The position numbers were made by a program, and so were the translations under genes. From the NCBI RefSeq assembly GCF_000027125.1, contig NC_017626.1: DNA of 64,000 nt, one strand, 5' to 3'. The notes below the pieces were generated by a model, which made no database searches, was not told the origin of the DNA, and was given only the letters and a program-made list of their open reading frames with translations. Below are positions 11,409-23,351 of this stretch, in pieces. The number at the start of each line of letters is the position of its first letter. The first letter of the stretch is position 1. This DNA is from Escherichia coli 042 (GTDB lineage: Bacteria; Pseudomonadota; Gammaproteobacteria; Enterobacterales; Enterobacteriaceae).

Positions 11409-13022
11409 ATGAAGCACTCTGTTTCAGTCACGTGTTGTGCGCTGTTGGTCAGCAGCATTTCTCTTTCGTATGCTGCAGAAGTTCCGAGCGGCACAGTACT
11501 GGCAGAGAAGCAGGAGCTGGTGCGCCACATTAAAGATGAGCCTGCGTCGCTGGATCCCGCTAAAGCCGTGGGCCTGCCAGAGATTCAGGTCATTCGCGAT
11601 CTGTTTGAAGGACTGGTGAATCAGAACGAGAAAGGGGAGATTGTCCCCGGCGTTGCGACTCAGTGGAAAAGTAATGACAACCGTATCTGGACATTTACCT
11701 TGCGCGATAACGCAAAATGGGCGGATGGCACACCGGTAACGGCGCAAGATTTTGTCTACAGCTGGCAACGTCTGGTGGCCCCAAAAACATTGTCGCCATT
11801 TGCATGGTTTGCCGCGCTGGCGGGAATCAACAACGCACAGGCGATTATTGATGGTAAAGCCACGCCTGACCAGCTTGGCGTCACCGCAGTTGATGCCCAT
11901 ACTTTGAAAATCCAGCTTGATAAACCGTTGCCGTGGTTTGTGAATTTAACCGCTAACTTTGCCTTCTTCCCGGTGCAAAAAGCCAACGTAGAAAGTAGTA
12001 AAGAGTGGACGAAACCCGGAAAACTGATCGGTAATGGCGCTTATGTTCTTAAAGAGCGCGTAGTCAATGAAAAACTGGTCGTGGTACCGAATACCCATTA
12101 TTGGGATAACGCCAAAACGGTGCTGCAAAAAGTGACCTTCCTGCCAATTAATCAGGAATCCGCAGCCACTAAGCGTTATCTCGCGGGGGATATTGATATC
12201 ACCGAATCCTTCCCGAAAAATATGTATCAGAAGCTGTTGAAGGATATTCCGGGGCAGGTTTATACGCCGCCGCAGCTCGGGACCTATTATTATGCGTTTA
12301 ACACGCAAAAAGGGCCGACGGCCGATCAGCGTGTTCGCCTGGCATTAAGTATGACGATAGATCGCCGCCTGATGACCGAAAAAGTGTTGGGGACGGGGGA
12401 AAAGCCAGCGTGGCATTTTACACCAGATGTTACTGCCGGTTTTACGCCGGAGCCTTCGCCGTTTGAACAAATGAGTCAGGAAGAACTGAATGCGCAGGCA
12501 AAAACTTTGTTGAGCGCAGCTGGTTATGGTCCGCAAAAACCGCTGAAGCTGACGCTTTTGTATAACACTTCAGAAAACCATCAAAAAATTGCGATTGCTG
12601 TAGCATCGATGTGGAAAAAGAACCTTGGCGTAGATGTTAAATTGCAGAATCAGGAATGGAAAACCTATATCGATAGCCGTAACACCGGCAATTTTGATGT
12701 TATCCGCGCCTCATGGGTAGGGGATTATAATGAACCCTCCACTTTCCTTACGTTGTTAACGTCAACGCATTCAGGGAATATTTCACGCTTTAACAATCCG
12801 GCATACGACAAAGTACTGGCCCAGGCATCAACGGAAAATACCGTTAAAGCGCGTAATGCCGATTACAATGCGGCAGAAAAAATCCTCATGGAGCAAGCAC
12901 CGATTGCACCAATTTATCAATATACCAATGGACGATTAATCAAGCCGTGGCTGAGAGGTTATCCCATTAATAACCCGGAAGATGTGGCGTACAGTCGGAC
13001 TATGTATATTGTGAAGCATTGA
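11409..13022 (+). CDS. mppA: Periplasmic murein tripeptide-binding protein MppA (SBP family 5)
   Basis: ATG at 11409 gives MKHSVSVTCCALLVSSISLSYA..., 537 aa with signal peptide. Confidence 0.9.
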   Translation: MKHSVSVTCCALLVSSISLSYAAEVPSGTVLAEKQELVRHIKDEPASLDPAKAVGLPEIQVIRDLFEGLVNQNEKGEIVPGVATQWKSNDNRIWTFTLRDNAKWADGTPVTAQDFVYSWQRLVAPKTLSPFAWFAALAGINNAQAIIDGKATPDQLGVTAVDAHTLKIQLDKPLPWFVNLTANFAFFPVQKANVESSKEWTKPGKLIGNGAYVLKERVVNEKLVVVPNTHYWDNAKTVLQKVTFLPINQESAATKRYLAGDIDITESFPKNMYQKLLKDIPGQVYTPPQLGTYYYAFNTQKGPTADQRVRLALSMTIDRRLMTEKVLGTGEKPAWHFTPDVTAGFTPEPSPFEQMSQEELNAQAKTLLSAAGYGPQKPLKLTLLYNTSENHQKIAIAVASMWKKNLGVDVKLQNQEWKTYIDSRNTGNFDVIRASWVGDYNEPSTFLTLLTSTHSGNISRFNNPAYDKVLAQASTENTVKARNADYNAAEKILMEQAPIAPIYQYTNGRLIKPWLRGYPINNPEDVAYSRTMYIVKH

Positions 13023-13072
13023 TGTGATGGGAATTGGCGTTACCCTTGTGGATAACGCCAGTGATGTCTGAT

Positions 13073-14104
13073 TTAGCGACCCTGGTCCGGCGGTGTAATG
13101 TTATCCATATACAGCGTCTGGCTGGGGAAGGCAAAGTCCGCGCTGTGTGACTGTACAATATCGATAATCTTCAAATAAACGTCTTGCTGTGCAGCAAGCC
13201 ATTCAGCCCATACCGTGGTTTTGGTAAAGCAATAAACCATAATATTCAATGAGGAGTCAGCAAACTGGTTGAAATAAACCAGTAAGGTTTGTCGCTGGTC
13301 AATGGCCGGGTGATTTTTCAGCATCTCACGTACGGCTTCGACAATAACGCCCACTTTTGCCGCATCCTCATAACGTAAACCAATGGTCGTGGTAATGCGC
13401 CGGTTGGTCATTCGTCCTGGGTTTTCTACGCTGATTGACGAAAACAGCGAGTTCGGTACGTACAACGGACGATTATCAAAAGTCGTAATCTTGGTAATTC
13501 GCCAGCCAATTTCCGCTACTGTACCTTCGATATTTCTGTCCGGTGAACGGATCCAGTCGCCAATACTAAAAGGACGGTCGAAATAGAGCATAATCCCGGA
13601 AAAGAAGTTACTCAGAATATCTTTACCGGCCATACCGACAGCCAGACCACCAATACCACCAAAGGTCAACAAGCCAGAAAGGCTCATGCCGAAATGTTCG
13701 CCATAAAGCAGAACAAGCACAACAATAATGGTGATTTTGATGATACGCGACATAATCCGCGCACTGGTGATATCGCGACCTTTTTTAATCTGCTGTTTTT
13801 CAAACTGATTTATCAGCAGAAATAGTTTAATCGTCAGAATAACCGCAATCAGGGACGTACAGATAAAATCGATAACGCCTGGGGTGATAAATTTGAGTTT
13901 ATAGTTTTCTATAACATAATTAATGATGCTACCAACAGCACTGATAATTATGGTGTAGATTAAAAATTGCACCGCATGGAATAAAAATCCTTTTCTTTTA
14001 CGATTTCCGCGGCGAAACCAAAAGCTCATCAGAATCAATGCTGCGCAGCTACCGAAAATAATGACCAGATTAAGCGCATTATTTGTAAACAGTTCAGCGA
14101 TCAT
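13073..14104 (-). CDS. ynaI: Small-conductance mechanosensitive channel, MscS family
   Basis: 343 aa, multiple TM helices plus MscS-like C-terminal domain. Confidence 0.85.
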   Translation of the reverse strand: MIAELFTNNALNLVIIFGSCAALILMSFWFRRGNRKRKGFLFHAVQFLIYTIIISAVGSIINYVIENYKLKFITPGVIDFICTSLIAVILTIKLFLLINQFEKQQIKKGRDITSARIMSRIIKITIIVVLVLLYGEHFGMSLSGLLTFGGIGGLAVGMAGKDILSNFFSGIMLYFDRPFSIGDWIRSPDRNIEGTVAEIGWRITKITTFDNRPLYVPNSLFSSISVENPGRMTNRRITTTIGLRYEDAAKVGVIVEAVREMLKNHPAIDQRQTLLVYFNQFADSSLNIMVYCFTKTTVWAEWLAAQQDVYLKIIDIVQSHSADFAFPSQTLYMDNITPPDQGR

Positions 14105-14347
14105 TGTTTTATCAGGCTCCTCCAGATAATTGTCGTCATGCCGGAAACCCCTGGCGGGGCTATTTTACCGCGACAATTCATTCAGATCATCAATAGTCAG
14201 GGAAGGAAGTAGCAACATTAGCTAACTAATCAATGCGTTGATTGTAAATCCAGCTAAGAGGTGAGGTTTTCAGAGCAGACAACGGTAAAATGTCATGGTA
14301 TTGTTATGTTTAGGTAACAAGAAATTTGTCTGCACAAGGATTACATC

Positions 14348-14605
14348 ATGATTATGGCGAAACTGAAGTCAGCGAAAGGGAAGAAATTTCTCTTTGGTTT
14401 GTTGGCGGTTTTCATTATTGCGGCGTCGGTTGTGACTCGCGCGACCATCGGCGGCGTGATAGAACAGTACAATATTCCGCTGTCTGAGTGGACGACATCA
14501 ATGTATGTGATTCAGTCATCGATGATTTTTGTTTATAGCCTGGTCTTTACTGTGTTACTGGCAATCCCGTTGGGAATTTATTTCCTTGGCGGCGAAGAGC
14601 AGTAA
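14348..14605 (+). CDS. ynaJ: Small inner-membrane protein YnaJ
   Basis: 85 aa, two hydrophobic segments; conserved position before uspE. Confidence 0.8.
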   Translation: MIMAKLKSAKGKKFLFGLLAVFIIAASVVTRATIGGVIEQYNIPLSEWTTSMYVIQSSMIFVYSLVFTVLLAIPLGIYFLGGEEQ

Positions 14606-14617
14606 GTAAATAAATAT

Positions 14618-14641
14618 CCTCCGGCATAGCCGGAGGTTTTT
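14618..14641 (+). terminator. Rho-independent terminator after ynaJ
   Basis: CCTCCGGC-ATA-GCCGGAGG hairpin followed by T5. Confidence 0.5.
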
Positions 14642-15330
14642 CAAATGCGCCTATAAGGCTCTCTTACCAGCCGCGCCCTAACAGGCGCACACGATCTGAC
14701 ATTTGCATCCAACTTCGTTACTTACGGCCCGTAAACGGGCTGCCCGGATAGGGAATCGATAACTGCTCTCCCATTTTATCCTCTTCAAGCTGGTGCTTTA
14801 TGTAATCCTGTATCTTCGCCGTGTTCTTACCCACCGTATCGACGTAATACCCTCTGCACCAGAACTCCCTGTTCCTGTATTTGAATTTCAAATCACCAAA
14901 CTGCTCGTAAAGCATCAGACTGCTTTTCCCTTTCAGATATCCCATAAAGCCTGATACGCTCATTTTGGGCGGGATCTCCACAAGCATATGGATATGATCT
15001 GCACAGCATTCAGCTTCCAGAATCCGTACACTTTTCCACTCACACAGCTTTCTCAAAATACAGCCTATTGCTCTACGCTTCTCTCTGTAGAACACCTGTC
15101 TTCGGTATTTTGGCGCAAATACTATGTGATATTTACAGTTCCATCGGGTGTGCGCTAAGCTCTTTTCGTTCCCCATTGGGACCCCCTTTTGATTTCTTGT
15201 TTGACACTTGCAGTTGCCAGACCGCAAGGTGTTTTAACAAATCAAAAGGGGTTTTAATAACTGGCTCAAAGCTGAAAGCTTTCCGGAACCCCCAGCCTAG
15301 CTGGGGGTTTTCTGTGCACAAAAAATAGGC
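14640..15330 (-). mobile_element. IS200-like insertion sequence (IS200/IS605 family); boundaries approximate
   Basis: About 690 bp between ynaJ and uspE terminators containing a Y1 transposase gene and a terminal hairpin CCCCCAGCCTAGCTGGGGG (about 15287..15305). Confidence 0.55.
14718..15176 (-). CDS. tnpA: IS200-type Y1 (HuH) transposase TnpA
   Basis: Start at internal Met with RBS: MGNEKSLAHTRWNCKYHIVFAPKYRRQVFY..., 152 aa; HuH motif HIHML and catalytic Tyr region. Confidence 0.8.
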   Translation of the reverse strand: MGNEKSLAHTRWNCKYHIVFAPKYRRQVFYREKRRAIGCILRKLCEWKSVRILEAECCADHIHMLVEIPPKMSVSGFMGYLKGKSSLMLYEQFGDLKFKYRNREFWCRGYYVDTVGKNTAKIQDYIKHQLEEDKMGEQLSIPYPGSPFTGRK

Positions 15331-15366
15331 CCGTTAACTCGGGCCTTGTCAGTTATTGAAGAGTCG

Positions 15367-16317
15367 TTAATCGTCTTCTTCGTCATCCAGTTCAACGGGT
15401 GTCTGATATTGGTCAGGTTTAATGACCAGCAGGTCGCAGCGAAGATGATCAATCACCTGTTCCGCCGTGTTGCCGAGGAATGCTGCTGAAATACCGGTGC
15501 GTCCGACCGTGCCCAGAACCACAATCCCCGCCTGTAAATGCTCCGCCAAATCAGGAATCACCTCTTCTGGCAGACCTTTTTCTACGTGCGTCATGTTTTC
15601 ATTAATGCCGAATTTCTGCCGCAGGGCTTTCATTGCCAGCAAATGTTGCCCACGAATGGCATCGTTATAAACGCTCGGATCAAATTCCGGCAGTTCAATC
15701 GCGATATTAATTGGCGTTACCGGATAAGCGCCAACCAGATGAACTTCGGTATGGTTGACTTGTTCCGCCAGTTCGATCGTCTCTTTGACCAGTTTTTCAT
15801 TGAGCGCATTATGGTACGGCTCTTCACTGGCGAGATTCACCGCCACCAGCGCCTTACCCCCTTCCGGCCACGGCTGGTCTTTCACCATCCACACCGGGCT
15901 TGGGCATTTGCGTAACAGATGCCAGTCCGTTGGCGTAAAAATCACCGCTTCCAGACGGTCATGTTGGTGCGCCATTTTTAGCACCAAATCGTGCCCGCCG
16001 CTGATCACTTCCTGAATGATGGCTTCGAAAGGACGGTTATGCCAGACCACTTTAATTTCAATGGGAACGCCAGCATTGAGATAATATTTTGCCTGCTCGT
16101 GGATCCAGGCTGTACGCTGGCTGATGACGCCCTGACGCATAGCGGTACGTTCGTCCGGAGAGAGCAGGGTGGTCATTTCGTATGAGAAGTCATAGATCGG
16201 CAAAAAGGCTTTAATTTTGCCACCAATCCGTTGATGTAAATAAACAGCTCGCCGCAATGCTGGTTGGTCGTCCTGGTTAGGATCGATAACAACGAGCATG
16301 TTCTGATACATAGCCAT
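15367..16317 (-). CDS. uspE: Universal stress protein E (tandem Usp domains)
   Basis: 316 aa from [17 protein letters not shown]... Confidence 0.9.
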   Translation of the reverse strand: MAMYQNMLVVIDPNQDDQPALRRAVYLHQRIGGKIKAFLPIYDFSYEMTTLLSPDERTAMRQGVISQRTAWIHEQAKYYLNAGVPIEIKVVWHNRPFEAIIQEVISGGHDLVLKMAHQHDRLEAVIFTPTDWHLLRKCPSPVWMVKDQPWPEGGKALVAVNLASEEPYHNALNEKLVKETIELAEQVNHTEVHLVGAYPVTPINIAIELPEFDPSVYNDAIRGQHLLAMKALRQKFGINENMTHVEKGLPEEVIPDLAEHLQAGIVVLGTVGRTGISAAFLGNTAEQVIDHLRCDLLVIKPDQYQTPVELDDEEDD

Positions 16318-16468
16318 ACAGGGTCTCCTTACAACAACTGTCAACGCAGTTTGTAATTAAAAGATTAACCCATATCTGGTGAATGAAACAGTGATGAACC
16401 TTCTGTCAGATCAATAAATCAGAAAAATTTAATGATATGACAGAAGGATAGTGAGTTATGCGGAAAAA

Positions 16469-17221
16469 TCAGGCAACGTTACGCGTATGACCAGCAAGCT
16501 GGGCCAGCGCATCGTTATTTTCGATGGTGATGTATTTACCTTTGACTGCCAGCATACCGCTTTTCTGGAAGCGACCCAGCAGACGGCTGATGGTTTCTAC
16601 CGTCAGGCCCAGATAGTTACCGATATCGCCACGAGTCATCGTCAGGCGGAATTCACGAGGGGAGAAGCCGCGTTGGGCAAAACGACGGGACAGGTTGTAG
16701 ATGAATGCAGCCAGACGTTCCTCGGCATTTTTCTTCGACAACAGCAGGATCATGTCCTGATCGCCTTTGATTTCACCGCTCATCAGACGCATCATCTGCT
16801 GACGCAGATTCGGCATTTTACCAGACAAATCGTCCAGCGTTTCGAACGGGATTTCACATACCATCGAGGTTTCCAGCGCCTGCGCGAAGCTCGGGTGATG
16901 ACCGCTGCCGATAGCGTCAAATCCCACCAGGTCGCCTGCTAAATGGAAACCAGTGATTTGCTCGTCGCCTTGCTCAGTGATGGTATAACTTTTAATCGTA
17001 CCGGAGCGGATGGCATAAAGCGATTTAAGTTCATCTCCAGCCTTAAACAGCGTCTGGCCTTTCTGAATAGGCTTCTTCCGCTCAATGATATTATCAAGCT
17101 GATCAAGCTCATGTTCGTTGAGTGTGAACGGGATGCAAAGCTGGCTGATGCTGCAATCCTGGCAATGGATAGCACAACCGCCAGACTGAATGCGCCGTAT
17201 AATTCGCTTTTCCGGGATCAT
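16469..17221 (-). CDS. fnr: Global anaerobic regulator FNR (CRP/FNR family)
   Basis: 250 aa from [32 protein letters not shown]... with N-terminal Cys cluster and C-terminal HTH. Confidence 0.9.
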
Positions 17222-17415
17222 AGGTCTGCTCAAGCCGTAATTGATATTTGTCAATTTTAACATCTTTTTAGGGAGCAAGTAAGTCTAAGCAAACCTTAAC
17301 AGCAGAGAATTCCGATATTAGATGTAAATATATGTCTATCTATTTGAAAACCCTTAAGTTGTTAAGGGTAACTTTACATAAAAGTGTGAACAAGCTGGCA
17401 CAAATTGTTTAATGT

Positions 17416-17931
17416 TTACAGCAAAAGATAACCTTCGTGGCGTAATAACCACTCTTTTCGCTGAACTCCGCCTGCATATCCGGTCATGGTACCGTTTCTG
17501 CCAATGACCCGATGACAAGGCACAACAATGCTGATGGGATTCGATCCGTTTGCCGCACCAACGGCACGCGCCGCACCAGGGCGGCCCAATTGTTCAGCCA
17601 GTTGGCCGTAATGCATTACCTGCCCGCAGGGGATTGTGCGTAATGTTTTCCAGACTTCGCGCTGAAATGGCGTCCCCCCCGTGGCAGTGGGAAGCGTATC
17701 AATAATGCTAAGATTACCGGCAAAATATTCACGAAGCTTGTCGCTTAAACCACCTGGGTTGGTGGCAGAAATGCGTTCATAGCCTTCTTTGCGGTAATGG
17801 ATGTCCAGCAGCTGCACCATGCGTTCGCTGTACTCTTCCCATTCAACCGCCCGCAGGCGAAATTGCTCATCGCAAATCACCCACAGTGGACCCAGTGGCG
17901 TGACAATTTTTTCTTCAAGTAATCTCAGCAT
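17416..17931 (-). CDS. ogt: O6-methylguanine-DNA methyltransferase Ogt
   Basis: 171 aa, active-site PCHRV motif. Confidence 0.9.
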   Translation of the reverse strand: MLRLLEEKIVTPLGPLWVICDEQFRLRAVEWEEYSERMVQLLDIHYRKEGYERISATNPGGLSDKLREYFAGNLSIIDTLPTATGGTPFQREVWKTLRTIPCGQVMHYGQLAEQLGRPGAARAVGAANGSNPISIVVPCHRVIGRNGTMTGYAGGVQRKEWLLRHEGYLLL

Positions 17932-17941
17932 CCGTTCTCTC

Positions 17942-19468
17942 TTAAGACAAACGTGGGTAAATCCCCGGACCTATCGGCAGACCGACAAGATACCACGCCA
18001 GCAACATCAGCAGCCATACCACCAAAAAGATAAGTGGATAGGGCAAAACTAACGAATAGTAAGTACCCAGTTTCGCGTCTGGTTTGTAACGTTGCAGGAA
18101 TCCAAGAAACAGTGGAACAAAAGGAGATACCGGCGCTAAAGGCAATACGGATGAGTCGGCAATACGAAAGAGGATTTGCGCAAATGCCGGGTGAAAGCCA
18201 AGTAGCATAAACATCGGTACGAAAATGGGGGCCAGAATCGACCAGATTGCGGAACCGCTGGCGATAAACATGCATAAGAAAGAGGAAAGCAACGCCAGAC
18301 CGACAAACGCCGGGATGCCGCTAAGCCCTGAACTTTCCAGTATATCGGTCAGCCCCACGGCGATGAATTTCCCCATGTTGCTCCAGTTAAACATGGCGAC
18401 AAACTGGGCGAGGGGAAAAACCATCACGATAAATCCCGCCATCTCTTTCATCGGTTCAATCATTAAATGCGGTAAATCCGCCTGACGTCGAATTGTGCGG
18501 GTAGCGATGCCATAAGCCAGCGAGACCACAAAGAAAAAAAGAATGATCAGTGGCACGATACCTTTAATAAAGGGGGATGGCATCACGGTGTGATTAATCG
18601 GATCGCGCAATATCCCGTTTTCCGGGATCACCATCAGCGCAATCGCAGCAATAAAAAGTAGCGATACGACACCTGCTATGCGTAAACCAAAACGCTGACT
18701 TTCGGTTAATGTCTGCAGTTTCTCATCGCTGTTTCCCTGCCATTGACCTAAACGTGGCTCAATGATTTTGTCGGTTATCAGGCCGCCAACAATCGTCAGT
18801 ACGACTACGGAGCTGGCCATAAAATACCAGTTATCAATTACACTGACGTGCATTTGCGGATTGAACGCAGCCGCAGCCTCCGTGCTGATCCCCGACAGCA
18901 ACACGTCGGTTGTGACAATCAGTAAATTAGCCGTAAAGCCGCAACCTACGCCTGCAATGGCGGCCAGTAAACCTGCAACTGGATGCCTGCCCACCGCCAG
19001 AAAAATCAGCGCACCCATCGGTGGCATGATCACTAACGCCGCATCGGAAGAAATGTGGCTAAAAAAAGCAATAAACAGCACCATATAACTGGCGTAGCGG
19101 GCATTCACATGCGATGCCATTTTAACCATCAACGCTGGCAGTAAGCCGACGCGCTCCGCCAGACCGGCACCTAAAACCAGCGCCAGGATCGCTCCAAGTG
19201 GAGCAAAACCGCTAAAGTTTTTAATAACATTGGGTAAAAACCAGTGTAATACTTCCACACTGAGCAGGTTTTTCACGACCACCGGCGTACCATCGGTCGG
19301 GTTTTTCGCACTGACGCCAAAGGCCGACAAAATTGCTGTCGTCACCATGAGTACGATAATCAAATAGATAAAGAGCAAAAAAGGATGGGGCACCTTGTTA
19401 CCAATTCTTTCGACCCAGCCATAGAGCTTCCCGGATTGGGAGGACGACGGTATGGATGACATACTCAT
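17942..19468 (-). CDS. abgT: p-Aminobenzoyl-glutamate transporter AbgT
   Basis: 508 aa from MSMSSIPSS..., polytopic membrane protein. Confidence 0.85.
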   Translation of the reverse strand: MSMSSIPSSSQSGKLYGWVERIGNKVPHPFLLFIYLIIVLMVTTAILSAFGVSAKNPTDGTPVVVKNLLSVEVLHWFLPNVIKNFSGFAPLGAILALVLGAGLAERVGLLPALMVKMASHVNARYASYMVLFIAFFSHISSDAALVIMPPMGALIFLAVGRHPVAGLLAAIAGVGCGFTANLLIVTTDVLLSGISTEAAAAFNPQMHVSVIDNWYFMASSVVVLTIVGGLITDKIIEPRLGQWQGNSDEKLQTLTESQRFGLRIAGVVSLLFIAAIALMVIPENGILRDPINHTVMPSPFIKGIVPLIILFFFVVSLAYGIATRTIRRQADLPHLMIEPMKEMAGFIVMVFPLAQFVAMFNWSNMGKFIAVGLTDILESSGLSGIPAFVGLALLSSFLCMFIASGSAIWSILAPIFVPMFMLLGFHPAFAQILFRIADSSVLPLAPVSPFVPLFLGFLQRYKPDAKLGTYYSLVLPYPLIFLVVWLLMLLAWYLVGLPIGPGIYPRLS

Positions 19469-19504
19469 GGGCATTCCTCGTTTGTTGTGTTTGCGTTGTT
19501 GTTG

Positions 19505-20950
19505 TTATTTTAAAGGTGACGGTGTCACGTTTTTCGGGATAGGGCAGTGATACGGTTGCGTGTCCGTAACTTGCTGATGCTCTTGTTGGCATTCTTGCAA
19601 TAGCCCTGAATCAATGAAGAGATTAAGTGTGGTTGCTGCTATAGTTTTCGCCGCCAGCAGCATTCCTTTATGAGCAATAGATGTTCGCCCCTGGCTAACC
19701 AGTTGCCATGTATGTAGCGGGGTACCGACGGCAAAACAGGGACTGAAACACTGGGCAACAGGCAGTTTCCAACTGACGTCGCCGACATCAGTTGATGCCG
19801 CAAGCACGTTATCGGTGGCGGCATATGGAGCGACTTCATTCGCCAGTACCGTTTCACGATGACGTAGTGCAAAAGCCTTGCCGTTTTCGCCACCGGTTGC
19901 AGCGATATTATTCAGACTGTTTTGACGATCGTTGAGGGTGAGCGTAGCCTGAATTTGTTTCGCAAAAGCCAGTTCTTCGCAGTTCCATTCCGGGGTACCA
20001 AAATGGGATAGGGCTCGGTACATGGCATTTTCTAAGGTGCGATTCGGGAGATAACTGGAACAGGCTTTGTCGAAGCGGCATTCAACCGTGGTTTCGGTCA
20101 TCAATGCCGCACCTTCGGCGATTTTGGCGACCCGATCATAAATTTGCTGCACATCGGTCATTTCGGGGGCGCGGATAAGATAAAGCACTTCTGCCTGCGC
20201 CTGGACCACGTTGGGCGAGATCCCGCCGCTATCTGTGATGGCATAGTGTACGCGCGCTTTTTCAATAATATGTTCGTTGAGGAAGTTGGTGCCAGTGGTC
20301 ATCAACGTTACGGCATCAAGGGCGCTGCGTCCCAAATGAGGGGAATTCGCGGCATGTGCTGCGATCCCTTTAAAGCACCATGATGCCTGAATGTTTGCCA
20401 GCGTGCGGGTATTGAACATACCGGCAAAGGCTTCCGGGTGCCAGGTGAGTGCCGCATCCACATCATCAAATACCCCCTCGCGGACCATGAACGTTTTACC
20501 CGAGCCGCCTTCTTCGCCAGGACAACCATAAAAGCGCACCGTGCCGCATTGCCCATATTGTTCCAGCCATTTCTTGACGGCTATTGCTGCGGCAAAGGCG
20601 GCGGTTCCCAGCAAATTGTGTCCGCAACCGTGACCATTTTCACCGGGCGTCGCGGATGTAGGTTGCGCGCAACCTGCTTGCTGACTTAAACCTGCCAGGG
20701 CGTCATATTCCCCCAGCAGGGCGATAACCGGTTTGCCTTGACCAAACGAAGCAATAAAGGCATTTGGGATATTGCCTACGTTGCGGGTAACGGTGAAGCC
20801 TGCAGACTCCAGCGCCGAAGCCAGATGCTCCGCTGACCAGAACTCTTCAAAACGTGTTTCTGGATGATCCCAGATTTGATCGGCAATATCGGTATAACGT
20901 TGGCGATCGGCTTCAATCGCATCGTCGATAAAACGATAGATTTCCTGCAT
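19505..20950 (-). CDS. abgB: p-Aminobenzoyl-glutamate hydrolase subunit B (M20 peptidase)
   Basis: 481 aa, M20 family metal-binding motifs. Confidence 0.85.
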   Translation of the reverse strand: MQEIYRFIDDAIEADRQRYTDIADQIWDHPETRFEEFWSAEHLASALESAGFTVTRNVGNIPNAFIASFGQGKPVIALLGEYDALAGLSQQAGCAQPTSATPGENGHGCGHNLLGTAAFAAAIAVKKWLEQYGQCGTVRFYGCPGEEGGSGKTFMVREGVFDDVDAALTWHPEAFAGMFNTRTLANIQASWCFKGIAAHAANSPHLGRSALDAVTLMTTGTNFLNEHIIEKARVHYAITDSGGISPNVVQAQAEVLYLIRAPEMTDVQQIYDRVAKIAEGAALMTETTVECRFDKACSSYLPNRTLENAMYRALSHFGTPEWNCEELAFAKQIQATLTLNDRQNSLNNIAATGGENGKAFALRHRETVLANEVAPYAATDNVLAASTDVGDVSWKLPVAQCFSPCFAVGTPLHTWQLVSQGRTSIAHKGMLLAAKTIAATTLNLFIDSGLLQECQQEHQQVTDTQPYHCPIPKNVTPSPLK

Positions 20951-22260
20951 CAGATACCTCGCGTCCAGGGAAAATTGAGCGCGGTGCGCGCCAGCGTTTC
21001 GACGGCAATAGCGAGAACCTGCTCGTCAAAATCGAATTTTTCGTTGTGATGACCTGCCGCCAGCTGTGTGCCAAACACCATATAGGAGGCTTGCCCTTGA
21101 TGTTGCTGCACGCGGGCCATCATTAATGTGGCATCTTCGGAACCCGCAGGCGCTTCAACACGTTCAATGGCTTGATTGACCCCCGGGACCTGAGCTGCCT
21201 GACTTTGCAACCATGCGACCCATTGCGGCGAAGGAGAACTGGCGGTAGCTGCACCCATCAGACGAGTTTCAACGCCGACACCATACATGGTTGCTGCGCC
21301 CTGAATCGCTTGTTGTGCACGTTCAAAAACATATTGATTAATGACGTCGCTGGCCCCGCGTGTTTCCACTTTCAGCAACGCTGAGGCGGGAACAACATTA
21401 CGACCGCTTCCTGCCTGCATAACGCCCACGTTTACTCTGGAAGCGCCTTCGCTGTGCGGGGCGATTGCATGCAGTGCAAGAGTTGCTTGTGCTGCCGCCA
21501 ACAAGGCATTGTGACCGTCTTCTGGTTTTGCGCCTGCGTGAGCGGCGGTCCCGGTGAAGTGCGCGTCAAATTTGGTGGTTGCCATAAAATTATCACTGCC
21601 GCACACCACGGTGCCCGCAGGTACGCCAGTGCCAATGTGCACGGCAGTAAAATAATCAACATCATCCACTACACCTGCATCGACCATCGCCCGCGCGCCA
21701 CGCGTACCTTCTTCTGCAGGTTGAAAAATCAGTTTGATGACGCCATGTAGTCCGGACTCGAACTGTTTAAGGGTATGCGCCAGCCCAAGTCCAATGGCGG
21801 TATGTCCATCATGACCACAGGCATGCATCATTCCGGCGTTACATGACGCAAAACCGTCGCGGTAGGGGCGATGGCTGACATCCCGTTCTTCACTGAGATC
21901 CAGCGCGTCCATATCGACACGGAAAGCCATCACCGGACCGGGGCGACCGGTATCCAGGGTAGCGACGATGCCAGTGAAACCGCCTTCAAAAGCCGCAATC
22001 CATTGTTCTAGCGCACCCTGTTGACGAGCGCGCTCGAATTCGCGTTGTAGAGTGAATTCATCAGGTAATCCCATCCGGCTACTTTCATTAACTACTTCGC
22101 GGCCCAGCGCCAGTGAATAACCGAGCTGGTGCAATTCTTCCGCAACAAGGGTGGCAGTGCGGAATTCCACCCAGCCAGACTCTGCATAGTGGTGAAAATC
22201 ACGTCGCCAGTGCGATAATTTTGGGGCAAGCGAATTAATAAATTGATTCAAAGACTCCAT
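20950..22260 (-). CDS. abgA: p-Aminobenzoyl-glutamate hydrolase subunit A (M20 peptidase)
   Basis: 436 aa from MESLNQFINSLAPK...; stop/start overlap with abgB. Confidence 0.85.
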   Translation of the reverse strand: MESLNQFINSLAPKLSHWRRDFHHYAESGWVEFRTATLVAEELHQLGYSLALGREVVNESSRMGLPDEFTLQREFERARQQGALEQWIAAFEGGFTGIVATLDTGRPGPVMAFRVDMDALDLSEERDVSHRPYRDGFASCNAGMMHACGHDGHTAIGLGLAHTLKQFESGLHGVIKLIFQPAEEGTRGARAMVDAGVVDDVDYFTAVHIGTGVPAGTVVCGSDNFMATTKFDAHFTGTAAHAGAKPEDGHNALLAAAQATLALHAIAPHSEGASRVNVGVMQAGSGRNVVPASALLKVETRGASDVINQYVFERAQQAIQGAATMYGVGVETRLMGAATASSPSPQWVAWLQSQAAQVPGVNQAIERVEAPAGSEDATLMMARVQQHQGQASYMVFGTQLAAGHHNEKFDFDEQVLAIAVETLARTALNFPWTRGI

Positions 22261-22435
22261 AACCTTTCCCGTCATCAGTAAAAAGTGTGACCCGGTTCAC
22301 GTAGCGATAGTTTTTACTTATCACTAACTGATTTTTCACAGTTTTAACCGTTCATAAATTACCCTGACACAATCATCTGCATTAAAGTAGATGCCAGTTT
22401 CTTTGGTCTGATAAATAACGGTTATCGGTGGCGTC

Positions 22436-23344
22436 ATGGCTTTTCAGGTAAAAATTCATCAAATTCGGGCTTTTGTTGAAGTGGCTCGTCAGGGCAGCAT
22501 TCGCGGAGCGAGCCGAATGTTGAATATGTCGCAACCGGCACTGAGTAAATCTATTCAGGAGCTGGAAGAAGGGTTGGCGGCACAACTCTTTTTTCGCCGT
22601 AGTAAAGGCGTGACGTTAACTGATGCCGGTGAAAGTTTTTATCAGCACGCCAGTCTTATTCTTGAAGAGCTGCGCGCAGCGCAAGAGGATATTCGCCAAC
22701 GACAAGGGCAACTGGCAGGGCAAATTAATATCGGCATGGGGGCCAGTATTTCCCGCAGTCTGATGCCAGCTGTCATATCTCGTTTTCATCAGCAGCATCC
22801 GCAGGTAAAAGTACGCATTATGGAAGGGCAACTGGTATCGATGATTAATGAATTGCGCCAGGGGGAACTGGATTTCACCATCAATACCTATTATCAGGGA
22901 CCCTACGACCACGAATTTACTTTTGAGAAATTACTGGAAAAGCAATTCGCGATCTTTTGCCGCCCGGGACATCCCGCCATTGGTGCCCGTTCGATCAAAC
23001 AGTTACTGGACTACAGCTGGACAATGCCGACGCCACACGGCAGCTACTACAAACACTTGAGTGAATTGCTTGACGATCAGGCGCAAACGCCACAGGTCGG
23101 CGTAGTCTGCGAGACGTTCTCAGCCTGTATCAGTCTGGTGGCAAAAAGCGATTTTCTCAGCATACTACCTGAAGAAATGGGCTGCGATCCCTTGCACGGA
23201 CAGGGGCTGGTGATGTTGCCGGTTAGCGAAATTTTACCGAAAGCGACCTATTATTTGATTCAGCGGCGTGATAGTCGCCAGACACCACTGACCGCGTCAT
23301 TAATCACGCAATTTCGGCGAGAATGCGGCTATCTGCAAAGTTAA
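22436..23344 (+). CDS. abgR: LysR-family regulator AbgR
   Basis: 302 aa, N-terminal HTH, divergent from abgA. Confidence 0.85.
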   Translation: MAFQVKIHQIRAFVEVARQGSIRGASRMLNMSQPALSKSIQELEEGLAAQLFFRRSKGVTLTDAGESFYQHASLILEELRAAQEDIRQRQGQLAGQINIGMGASISRSLMPAVISRFHQQHPQVKVRIMEGQLVSMINELRQGELDFTINTYYQGPYDHEFTFEKLLEKQFAIFCRPGHPAIGARSIKQLLDYSWTMPTPHGSYYKHLSELLDDQAQTPQVGVVCETFSACISLVAKSDFLSILPEEMGCDPLHGQGLVMLPVSEILPKATYYLIQRRDSRQTPLTASLITQFRRECGYLQS

Positions 23345-23351
23345 AACTGCA

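Noticed and set aside
14105-14347. IS5 (insH) insertion expected between ynaI and ynaJ by analogy with K-12
   Set aside because: The interval is only about 240 bp with no transposase-like frame; the only IS in the region is the IS200-like element downstream of ynaJ.
15538-16185. Several plus-strand ORFs (64-125 aa) within the uspE locus
   Set aside because: Antisense to uspE, whose translation is recognisable along its full length.
18225-19088. Plus-strand ORFs of 86 and 108 aa inside abgT
   Set aside because: Antisense to a polytopic transporter gene; Ser/Thr/Ala-rich translations typical of shadow ORFs.
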